DNA of 64,000 nt from a virus. This document shows, one piece after another, positions 37,166-44,930 of this stretch. Below the pieces are notes generated by a model that saw nothing but the letters and a program-made list of their open reading frames with translations, made no database searches and was not told the DNA's origin. The translations under genes were made by a program, and so were the position numbers. Numbering within the stretch: the first letter of the stretch is position 1; each line of letters opens with the position of its first letter. The DNA lies in the IMG/VR virus record IMGVR_UViG_3300028902_000264; one strand, given 5' to 3'.

Positions 37166-38985
37166 TAAAACTTTATCTTAACAATAAAGATGTTTTTAAA
37201 TCTTCTGCTTCGACAAAAACCTATAATCCAAATATTATAGAAAACATATACAGTAAAGATTCAAACATGACAAATAATACGCAGAAATACCATAAGCATG
37301 ACAATCTTTTCCATCGATTGGATGGACCAGCAGTTGAAAATTCTGATGTTGAATTTAATGATGAATATTGGGTTTATGGAGTTCATATTACAACAGAGGA
37401 ACTGTTTAAAACAGTAAGAACTTTTTTTGAAGAAAACAAAGGTTTGGAAATAAAAATTTTTTCCATAGATGAATATCAGAAGTTTCTTAAAGATAGAAAT
37501 GATTATACAGGAATTATAGTAATTCCACAATCTCACTGTTTTTTTAAATTTGTAAATGGAAATATATCTTCGAATAAAGGATATGCGTCAATTGCTTTGT
37601 CGTCAGTATTCTCCAATATGAGTTATTGCTTGGATGGCGTAGTTTTTAACTCGAAAAAAGAATGGGAAATAAAGAGAAAACAAGTTTTTGAGTCAGACTA
37701 TGATGAACTTATTTCTAGGCTTCAAGCGCAAAAAGAAAACTATAAAGATTTTAATCTTCTTTCGTGGTACGACACATATCGCGGAAATAAGACAATTTTT
37801 GTCCAGGATTATCAAGACAACAAAATTTATGATTTTGACTTAACAGGAAAATTATTGTCTCAAACATACTACGAAGACCATACCTTTAGTAAAAAAATTT
37901 CATATTTGGATCATATAAATTTGCGAAACCAAACCGAAACACTTGCTTCTGCTCTTTTTGATAAAGAAATCAAAATAATAAAGAGACACGGATATGAGCA
38001 AATTAATCCACCAGAATATTTTTGTGGTGGAAATTGTTTAGCGAGACTCAAACAAAAAGAAACAGGAGAGATTCTTCAATGCTTGTTTGACACAAAAACG
38101 AAAGACTTTAGATTGAAAATTGGCAACGAAGAATTTCGTTCTGGGCCTAATCTAAAAATGGACTTAGAAAGTTTTCTTAAAAAAGAAGCAGCTTTAACGA
38201 CAAAGGTCTTTTCTTATAAAGATGAATTTAATATTACGAAAACACAAACTACTAATAATAGCTTTCTTTATTATTTTAGTTTTCCAAAACAAAACATGTC
38301 GCATGTCCATTTTGGAGACCTTAAAAAAAATCTATCTGAAACATTTGAATTCAAGTGTCTTGTTAAAGATCATAACTTAAACGAAGAAGAATTTCTTAAA
38401 GAAATAGGAGAATTAATTCCTGAATTTAATATAAGTCATAAAGAGCTGTATATTACAGCACGAAAGGAAATAGATAATCCACCGCCACAACAACAAATAT
38501 TTCCAGATGTTTCGGCCAAAGCAAAAGAGATTGCCAAACGTGTTGCTGTTAAAAGAATAGCAAACATTGTTGCCGCGCTTGTTGTTCAACACATTTTTGG
38601 CAACCTTAAAAAGACAGAACATCAAAAGATAAAAGACTTCTTCAAAACAGATATTGGAATAAGTATTATCAAGGTATTAACATCTCAGTTGTTGCCACTT
38701 CTCAAACCGCAACTACCTGAAAAATATCAAGATGTTTATCAATCTATTGTAGAAGAGTTTGACATACAATCAAAAGTTGATTTAACAGATGGATTTATTG
38801 ATCTTGTTATTGAAAATATAAACACTGATAGTTTCGTTTCATTTCAGTTTTTAGATAATCAAAAGACTGAATCAACAGGTATAAGAGCAAATCCGTTGGT
38901 GCTGGAATCTCCAATCTCGGAAACTCTGGGTGTTTCAATCGAGGCAACCCAGGAAAAAGAAAAACTTCTTCTAGGAAAAGAATAG
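37138..38985 (+). CDS. Shared-CTD family member 9 (divergent CTD) with an HRLDGPA unit
   Basis: 615 aa. HRLDGPAVEN; AKEIAKRVAVK...DFFKTDIG...LPEKYQ...EFDIQSK. Confidence 0.8.
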   Translation: MVVLSREDIIKLYLNNKDVFKSSASTKTYNPNIIENIYSKDSNMTNNTQKYHKHDNLFHRLDGPAVENSDVEFNDEYWVYGVHITTEELFKTVRTFFEENKGLEIKIFSIDEYQKFLKDRNDYTGIIVIPQSHCFFKFVNGNISSNKGYASIALSSVFSNMSYCLDGVVFNSKKEWEIKRKQVFESDYDELISRLQAQKENYKDFNLLSWYDTYRGNKTIFVQDYQDNKIYDFDLTGKLLSQTYYEDHTFSKKISYLDHINLRNQTETLASALFDKEIKIIKRHGYEQINPPEYFCGGNCLARLKQKETGEILQCLFDTKTKDFRLKIGNEEFRSGPNLKMDLESFLKKEAALTTKVFSYKDEFNITKTQTTNNSFLYYFSFPKQNMSHVHFGDLKKNLSETFEFKCLVKDHNLNEEEFLKEIGELIPEFNISHKELYITARKEIDNPPPQQQIFPDVSAKAKEIAKRVAVKRIANIVAALVVQHIFGNLKKTEHQKIKDFFKTDIGISIIKVLTSQLLPLLKPQLPEKYQDVYQSIVEEFDIQSKVDLTDGFIDLVIENINTDSFVSFQFLDNQKTESTGIRANPLVLESPISETLGVSIEATQEKEKLLLGKE

Positions 38986-39007
38986 AACTTTGCGGTTTTA
39001 CTGCCTC

Positions 39008-39035
39008 TTGACAGTCTCTCGGTTGTGGTTATTGA
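39008..39035 (+). promoter_or_regulatory. sigma70-like promoter
   Basis: CTC-TTGACA-N16-TATTGA, then GAGG SD and ATG 39052. Confidence 0.55.
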
Positions 39036-39051
39036 GGGAGAGAGGTAATTC

Positions 39052-39405
39052 ATGCGATGCAACGGCGAAAGACTGCTCGATATGGCAACAGGCATTGCTG
39101 TTTGGCGCGCGCAAACAAGAGAACTTAATTTCAAACACGGAGCCGCAGCTCTAAGAGCCGATGGTAAATTTGTTACCTCATACAACGAAAAGGCACAGGC
39201 TCCAACATGGAAAGTTCACGCAGAAGCAAGAATTTGTCGCAAAATTGATGTTGGGGCAATTGTTGCTGTTGTCAGGATTGGAGACAAAGGTATTTGGATG
39301 CCTTCGAAACCTTGTGGCGGTTGTATGCGCTGCATGAAAAGAAAAGGGGTCGAAAAGGTTTATTACTCAATTGGTAAAGATGAATACGGCGTCATGGTTC
39401 TCTGA
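39052..39405 (+). CDS. Zn-dependent cytidine/nucleotide deaminase fold protein
   Basis: HGAA, YNEK, VHAEARIC (HxE), SKPCGGC (PCxxC), VYYS. Confidence 0.85.
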   Translation: MRCNGERLLDMATGIAVWRAQTRELNFKHGAAALRADGKFVTSYNEKAQAPTWKVHAEARICRKIDVGAIVAVVRIGDKGIWMPSKPCGGCMRCMKRKGVEKVYYSIGKDEYGVMVL

Positions 39406-39423
39406 CGAAAGGAATACGCTTAA

Positions 39424-40296
39424 ATGCAAGAAAACTATACTCCGAATCCTGGTGTTGTCCCTTCCGCCGAAGAACTTGATAAATTCCTAAATCTTCCAGA
39501 TGGAGATAGTTTTGAATCTATTGAATTTGGTGTTCTTTCTAACTACTTTGATGGATCAAAGTTTATTTACAGAAAATCAAAAGTGATCAATCGGGGCAAT
39601 TTACACGAAAACGCAATTAAAAACATTAAACCATTTCTGATTAAACAAATTAGCAATCTTATTGCTGAATGTTTCTCAAAACTTAAAACATCAAACGACA
39701 CAAAAAATGATTACAACGAAACTCTATATATTAGAGTCGAGGTTCCTGGGCAGCTTGATAAATTAATTGTGTGTAAACATCCGATGCTCGCCGAAGCAAA
39801 ACTTGTTTCAAACGAAAAAGAAATTGTTTCTTCTGATACTGTTAAGTTTATTACAGAGGAAATAAGCAATTTTCAATCTGCTATGTTTGAAATGTATATT
39901 GTTCACTTGGAAAATCTCACAAAAAAATTGCTTGACGATTCTCCTGAAATTGATTTTGTTGTTTTTTCTAGATTCCTCGACACTGTATATCTCTATTCCA
40001 TTGAATATGAATTTCCCAATGGGGCAGCAAAACTAAAAAAAGAAGGCTATAAAATTGCTAATGGAATTGCCAATGAGACCTTTATGTCTTTTCTTGCACT
40101 GTCGTATAATTTGTTTTGGTTTCGAAATGGAAAAATGGCTTATGGTAAAACAGACGATATAGTTTTTCAACTTTCTCAAAACTACAACAAATATATTGAA
40201 ACAAAATGTTTGTCGACGAGAAAAGTTCTAATTGAAACAATTATTTCGGCTGAAAAGGCATATTTTCAAATTAGGAATGAGGAGCCTAAATGGTAA
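39424..40296 (+). CDS. Hypothetical protein, paralog of 41372..42193
   Basis: DDSPEIDFVV / FRNGKMAY versus EENPDIDFVA / NRNGKIAF. Confidence 0.7.
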   Translation: MQENYTPNPGVVPSAEELDKFLNLPDGDSFESIEFGVLSNYFDGSKFIYRKSKVINRGNLHENAIKNIKPFLIKQISNLIAECFSKLKTSNDTKNDYNETLYIRVEVPGQLDKLIVCKHPMLAEAKLVSNEKEIVSSDTVKFITEEISNFQSAMFEMYIVHLENLTKKLLDDSPEIDFVVFSRFLDTVYLYSIEYEFPNGAAKLKKEGYKIANGIANETFMSFLALSYNLFWFRNGKMAYGKTDDIVFQLSQNYNKYIETKCLSTRKVLIETIISAEKAYFQIRNEEPKW

Positions 40297-40793
40297 AGCA
40301 AATCATTGTGACAGATCGAGAAACTGCAAAGGTAATAGTTCCTCAGTTAAAAAAGCTTGGGGAAAAAGTTGCTTGGATTACCATTGCAAACGATCAAAAG
40401 AAACGACTTGTTTCTGGTGGTAACAAACATACTTTGCCTTTGTTTTTTGATGATATCACAGACAAAACAAGTCGGAAAGCATTTACAAAAAATCTTGCAA
40501 GAAAAGTAAAGAACTTTATTTTTAATCATCATATAAACAACTCTCAAGAGTTTATCCTTGTTGTGAATTGTATGGCGGGGATTTCTCGTTCGTCTGCGAT
40601 TGGAAAGTTTGCGGAACTTAAGTTTGGAATTCCAGCTAGGTACACAGAACTTGAGGCAAAAAGAATGATTGCTCCAAATCATCTTGTTTTGAAACTTCTT
40701 GGTATGGAACAATATACGAGAGATGATTCTCTTACAGAATACCACGAAGAGTATGGATATGAAGATTATGGTTCTTACAGAGGATTCATATAG
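40290..40793 (+). CDS. Protein tyrosine/dual-specificity phosphatase-like protein
   Basis: CX5R P-loop VVNCMAGISRSSAIG, LFFDD, PNHLV. Confidence 0.8.
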   Translation: MVKQIIVTDRETAKVIVPQLKKLGEKVAWITIANDQKKRLVSGGNKHTLPLFFDDITDKTSRKAFTKNLARKVKNFIFNHHINNSQEFILVVNCMAGISRSSAIGKFAELKFGIPARYTELEAKRMIAPNHLVLKLLGMEQYTRDDSLTEYHEEYGYEDYGSYRGFI

Positions 40794-40819
40794 TTTAATT
40801 TTCTTAGAAAGAAAACAAA

Positions 40820-41189
40820 ATGAAAACAAAAGACCTAATCGAAAAACTTCAGAAACTTGACCCAACTGGAGAGATTCATGTTTGTATTGATAACCATGAT
40901 ATCTTTTCCGTTTCTCTTAATCCCGCTTATTGGGATGGAACTTTACAAGTTTTGTTAAGAGATCCTTCAAAAGAACCATATTATGATGTTAAAGGTCTTA
41001 GGTTTGTTGTACACGGAAATAAAATATTTAGGATTAGAAGAAATTATCAGAGAAGACATGGATGCCGAAATTGATGTTTCAGATTTACCCGATTACCGAA
41101 AGACCTCCAAACTTTTGGAGATTGAAAACTTCAAACAGAAAATAGTTCAAGAACAAGAAACAAGAGAAGCTAAACAAAAAGGAAAATAA
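40820..41189 (+). pseudogene. Hypothetical gene split by an apparent +1 frameshift near 41015-41030
   Basis: Two overlapping ORFs (40820-41074, 40983-41189). Protein-like sequence passes from ...VVHGNKI to KYLGLEEII... in the next frame. Confidence 0.45.
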
Positions 41190-41190
41190 A

Positions 41191-41361
41191 ATGTTCAACT
41201 TCGAAAAAAATAGAAATGATATGAGAAACTCGTTTGAATCATCACAGCGATCTTTTGGAAAAATTTATCTTTTGACTTTGCTTGTTAACCTTTTAATTGT
41301 TTTTGCTATTATTGCCGCGGTTGTTTTCGTTGCTCTTAAAATCCTCGAAAAAATTGGATAA
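41191..41361 (+). CDS. Small membrane protein (56 aa, not in ORF track)
   Basis: AAGGA SD; MFNFEKN...IYLLTLLVNLLIVFAIIAAVVFVALKILEKIG. Confidence 0.6.
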   Translation: MFNFEKNRNDMRNSFESSQRSFGKIYLLTLLVNLLIVFAIIAAVVFVALKILEKIG

Positions 41362-41371
41362 TAAACTATAA

Positions 41372-42193
41372 ATGATTTCGGCGGCAAACCCACCAAAACT
41401 AGAATTTTTCACAACTGAAATTGCTAATCAAATAGCCTTTTTTGATAAAGGAGGTGAATTTGAAGTTACTCTCTTTGCAAAATCTCTTAAACAAGAAGGA
41501 AAAGACCTTGATAGGTCAAGTAGATTTCCTTATTATAAAAATATAGAAAAAACTCCAACATCGGAAAAAACTAAAGCGTTAATAATCCAATCTCAAATTA
41601 ACTCTTTTATTAAAAGAATAATAGCTAAAGACTACAATAAAAAAAATAGCGGCGAAAACTATTATGAAGACCTTGTTTGCAAGATTAAAAATCTTTCCGA
41701 AAACTTAGAATACACATTTACTAAAACAGGAAAAATACCTGTTGACAAGCAAAAAACAAAAATTGAAATAATAACCGATTCTCTTAATCAAGAACATGTT
41801 TTATCAGACCTTGAATCTCACTTGGATAAAGTTTATGAGATGGATTTAACAAAATATAAATTTTATTTGGAGTGCCTCATAAACTCTACAAGTATCTTCT
41901 TTGAAGAAAATCCTGACATTGATTTTGTTGCGATTATAGATGGCTCACTTCATTTTGGAATAGTAGATACGAATAGAACCTTTTATAAAGAAAAGGTTTT
42001 GTTTCCTCCCTCTTTTTCTCAAAGAGATTGTTGCATAAACAGAAATGGAAAAATTGCATTTATTCGCCCTGCGTGGTATATTGCTGAAAAATTTCACGCA
42101 GAGTTTAAATCAATAGATTCTCTAATAGAAACATATAAAAAAGCTCAAGAAAGAAATAGGAGGCATAAAGCTTTTGGACGGCAAAATTATTGA
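41372..42193 (+). CDS. Hypothetical protein, paralog of 39424..40296
   Basis: Shared motifs as above. Confidence 0.7.
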   Translation: MISAANPPKLEFFTTEIANQIAFFDKGGEFEVTLFAKSLKQEGKDLDRSSRFPYYKNIEKTPTSEKTKALIIQSQINSFIKRIIAKDYNKKNSGENYYEDLVCKIKNLSENLEYTFTKTGKIPVDKQKTKIEIITDSLNQEHVLSDLESHLDKVYEMDLTKYKFYLECLINSTSIFFEENPDIDFVAIIDGSLHFGIVDTNRTFYKEKVLFPPSFSQRDCCINRNGKIAFIRPAWYIAEKFHAEFKSIDSLIETYKKAQERNRRHKAFGRQNY

Positions 42194-42632
42194 AACATCC
42201 CTCTTGGTGAGGACCGAAATAGAAAAGTTTGCCCTAAAGAATAACTCAATAGGCAATCCAGTAACTCTTGAATGTTATTGTGCTATAGCGAGTTATTCCT
42301 TAAACAAAACTTTTAAAGCTCTTAAACTAGATTCTAGTTTTGTTACTGGATTTTATTATGATTCAGTTTCGAACTCGAAAAGCTTTCATTGTTGGGTCGA
42401 ATATGACCAATCCATTATTGATATTACTGCTACACAGTTTGGAATCAAACACAGAGTTTATATTCCTAAATTGCCTTGTGAAGATTATCTTGAAGACTTA
42501 AAAGATGGAAGGGCAACAAAATATATTAATGAAAACTGGCATCCAAATCAAACAATTAAACAAAATTTAAATCAAATAAAAGAAATTGTAAAGGTTACTT
42601 CAAAGTCCGCCAAAAAACTTATATTTAGTTGA
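42174..42632 (+). CDS. Transglutaminase/papain-fold-like protein
   Basis: Putative triad: CYCAIAS, FHCWVE, IIDITATQF. Confidence 0.55.
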   Translation: MDGKIIETSLLVRTEIEKFALKNNSIGNPVTLECYCAIASYSLNKTFKALKLDSSFVTGFYYDSVSNSKSFHCWVEYDQSIIDITATQFGIKHRVYIPKLPCEDYLEDLKDGRATKYINENWHPNQTIKQNLNQIKEIVKVTSKSAKKLIFS

Positions 42633-42645
42633 GAAGGTAAAGTAA

Positions 42646-43218
42646 ATGCCCAAAAAAATTTATAGAATGAATTTAAAAGAGTTTAAACAACTCATGCTTA
42701 TGGCCCTTAATGAAGGAATTGAAGAGCTTTCTGACGAATCAGAAGGTTCGGGACAAATTGGTTTGGATTTAGATGAAGTTGTTCCAACACTTATCCCACC
42801 AGAAAGAAAAAGATTTGAAGAATTGAAAAATAAAAAGAAAGCTGGATCTTTGTCTGATCAAGAGAAAAGAGAATATCTTGCTCTTTTACAAAAAGACGTT
42901 AAATTAAAATCCGATGCTGGCAAACAACGCACAGATTCAATGTTTAGCAAACTTCCTGATGCTCAACCAACCTCTGCGGCAAAAGCTATTTCCGAAAACT
43001 TTAGCCAACAAACTTCACAAGTACAAGGTTCAGCGGGGAAAAAACTTCAAACAAAAATGGATAAAGTTCCTGGTTTAGAACAAATAATTGGGGCAGTAAA
43101 ACAAAAAGGCGATGCTGCGGTTGTGTTAAAAGACCTTGCTCAACAAATCGGAGGAGACAAGCTTCCAGCCGATCAAATTTTAGCAAGAGCATATAGTTTA
43201 GCCAAAAAAGAAAAATAA
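42646..43218 (+). CDS. Helical hypothetical protein, possibly virion-internal
   Basis: 190 aa. N-terminal MNLKEFKQLMLMALNE followed by an acidic stretch. Confidence 0.65.
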   Translation: MPKKIYRMNLKEFKQLMLMALNEGIEELSDESEGSGQIGLDLDEVVPTLIPPERKRFEELKNKKKAGSLSDQEKREYLALLQKDVKLKSDAGKQRTDSMFSKLPDAQPTSAAKAISENFSQQTSQVQGSAGKKLQTKMDKVPGLEQIIGAVKQKGDAAVVLKDLAQQIGGDKLPADQILARAYSLAKKEK

Positions 43219-43219
43219 G

Positions 43220-43262
43220 CCTCTATGGGGACGGATAGAGGACTCGCCGCAGCTAGCGCGGC
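43220..43262 (+). other. Tandem GC-rich hairpins
   Basis: CCTCTAT-N8-ATAGAGG and GCCGC-N7-GCGGC right after the stop. No clear U-tract. Confidence 0.5.
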
Positions 43263-43299
43263 AACAATCTAGAATTAATTGTGAATAGCCTGCAAGGGG

Positions 43300-43327
43300 T
43301 TGACTGGCTAGCTTGCGACCTTATGCT
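43300..43327 (+). promoter_or_regulatory. sigma70-like promoter
   Basis: GGGG-TTGACT-N16-TATGCT. Confidence 0.65.
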
Positions 43328-43373
43328 AGCTCTAGCGGATTCCGTTTTTCAATTCTCACAGGAGAGAAACAAA

Positions 43374-43781
43374 GTGAATAAGAAATATCTCGCCGAGGTA
43401 AGTTTTGATGAGTTTGTTAAAAATGTAGATGATGAAACTATACAGTCAGAATTTGACGATGCAAACTATCAACTTGCCTTAGCGGCAGAAGTAACAGAAG
43501 AAATTTTTAAAAAAGCAATGGAAATTGTTTTGCTTGATGGAAGATGGGGAATGAAAGAAGAGGATTCTGTTCTTTCTCTCTCGGAAGCAAGAGAGGTTGT
43601 TGAAAAAGCTTACAGAAGGTTTCAACCAAAAACTGAAGAGTTTGAATTCTTTAGTTCAGGTGTTAATTTCTGGGAAGAAGATGATACTGGGTGTTTGCTT
43701 CCAAATGCTTGTCTTCGACAAAGGACTGTTGTTGAGAAAATTTACGAAGGATATAGACAAATCTACGGAAGTAATCCATGA
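43374..43781 (+). CDS. Acidic hypothetical protein
   Basis: GTG 43374 after AGGAG. The longer ORF call overlaps the promoter. Confidence 0.6.
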   Translation: MNKKYLAEVSFDEFVKNVDDETIQSEFDDANYQLALAAEVTEEIFKKAMEIVLLDGRWGMKEEDSVLSLSEAREVVEKAYRRFQPKTEEFEFFSSGVNFWEEDDTGCLLPNACLRQRTVVEKIYEGYRQIYGSNP

Positions 43782-44263
43782 CAAACATAATCTTTCTTGA
43801 TGTTGATGGAGTATTAAATTCTGATTCTTATCACTATGATTCAGGTAAATGGACTCAAAGACAAAGGGATCAAATTGATCCTGCTTCGATTCCTTTACTT
43901 AATAAAATTATCGAGGCAACAAATGCAAAAATAGTTGTTTCTTCAACCTGGAGGATTCTTTATTATGATATTCTGATTGAAATTCTTAAAGACATGGGGT
44001 GTATTGGAGAGGTTATCGACTCAACTCCTCAAACTCATTTTAAAGCAAAGAAATACCGACACTGCCAAAGGGGCATGCAAATTCAAGAGTGGCTAGATAA
44101 CAATTCCATAAAGTTTGAAGTTGATGGATTTGTGATTTTAGATGATTCAACCGACATGGGGCACTTAACAGATAAACTTGTTAAAACAAATCCTCTTTGT
44201 GGTATAAGACAAGTAGATGTTGATAAAGCAATAGAGGTGTTAAACAGTAAATGCAAGTCTTAA
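43778..44263 (+). CDS. HAD phosphatase (Swiss-Army-knife RNA-repair type)
   Basis: IIFLDVDGVLNS, IVVSSTWR, RGMQIQEWL, FVILDD. Confidence 0.85.
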   Translation: MTNIIFLDVDGVLNSDSYHYDSGKWTQRQRDQIDPASIPLLNKIIEATNAKIVVSSTWRILYYDILIEILKDMGCIGEVIDSTPQTHFKAKKYRHCQRGMQIQEWLDNNSIKFEVDGFVILDDSTDMGHLTDKLVKTNPLCGIRQVDVDKAIEVLNSKCKS

Positions 44264-44649
44264 AACTAAAACTTAATGAATACATTCCCGACAACTATAC
44301 AGGAATTGTTAAATGGGGAAATGGAATCAAAGAATGGTATAAAAATGGCAACCTTCATCGAGAAGATGGACCTGCTGTTGAATTCTCAAACGGAACAAAA
44401 TATTGGTATATAGAAGGTTTGCTTCACCGAGAAAACGGCCCAGCTATTGAATATTTTGATAAATCAAAAATATGGTCTATTGAAGGAGAAGAGTATCATA
44501 TGTACTCTCTACTTAGTTATTTTAAATATAATATTTTCTTAAACAGGGAAATAGGAAAATATGGACTTGTGTGGTATAAGTTTTTAACAAAAAAAGGAAT
44601 TGAAGAAATTCCTTTCTTTCCAGGAATGACAATTCCATCCGAAGAATAA
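44251..44649 (+). CDS. HRxDGPA-repeat protein (2 repeats) with conserved C-terminal domain
   Basis: PDNYTGIVKW; GKYGLVWYKFLTKKGIEEIPFFPG. Confidence 0.85.
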   Translation: MQVLKLKLNEYIPDNYTGIVKWGNGIKEWYKNGNLHREDGPAVEFSNGTKYWYIEGLLHRENGPAIEYFDKSKIWSIEGEEYHMYSLLSYFKYNIFLNREIGKYGLVWYKFLTKKGIEEIPFFPGMTIPSEE

Positions 44650-44679
44650 ACATTTAAGAACAGCCTGTTTTGGGTGCTC

Positions 44680-44707
44680 TTGACAGGGTGCCGTGCGTGC
44701 TTATAGA
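44680..44707 (+). promoter_or_regulatory. sigma70-like promoter
   Basis: CTC-TTGACA-gggtgccgtgcgtgct(16)-TATAGA. Confidence 0.65.
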
Positions 44708-44753
44708 GGCATGGTAGCTCGTTGTCTTTTCCCAATAACAACGGAGTCCATAA

Positions 44754-44918
44754 ATGCAAGTCAAGCAATTCAAAATCGTCGAAGGGGATCGGTGGTTTTA
44801 TATTGAGATTCAGCCACTAGTCGGCGAATCTTACAGGATTTCTTCGTTCACTTCAAAGAAGTGCGCAGAAGATTATATTAAGGATAATGGAATTCAGGTG
44901 GCAAAACCAGGAAATTGA
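44754..44918 (+). CDS. Small protein (54 aa, not in ORF track)
   Basis: GGAG SD; MQVKQFKIVEGDRWFYIEIQ...FTSKKCAEDY. First gene after the promoter. Confidence 0.6.
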   Translation: MQVKQFKIVEGDRWFYIEIQPLVGESYRISSFTSKKCAEDYIKDNGIQVAKPGN

Positions 44919-44930
44919 AAAACGGAGAAC

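Noticed and set aside
43220-43340. tRNA or other structured RNA gene in GC-rich intergenic patches
   Set aside because: No cloverleaf or T-loop GTTCRA. The GC-rich patches are explained by promoters and short hairpins.
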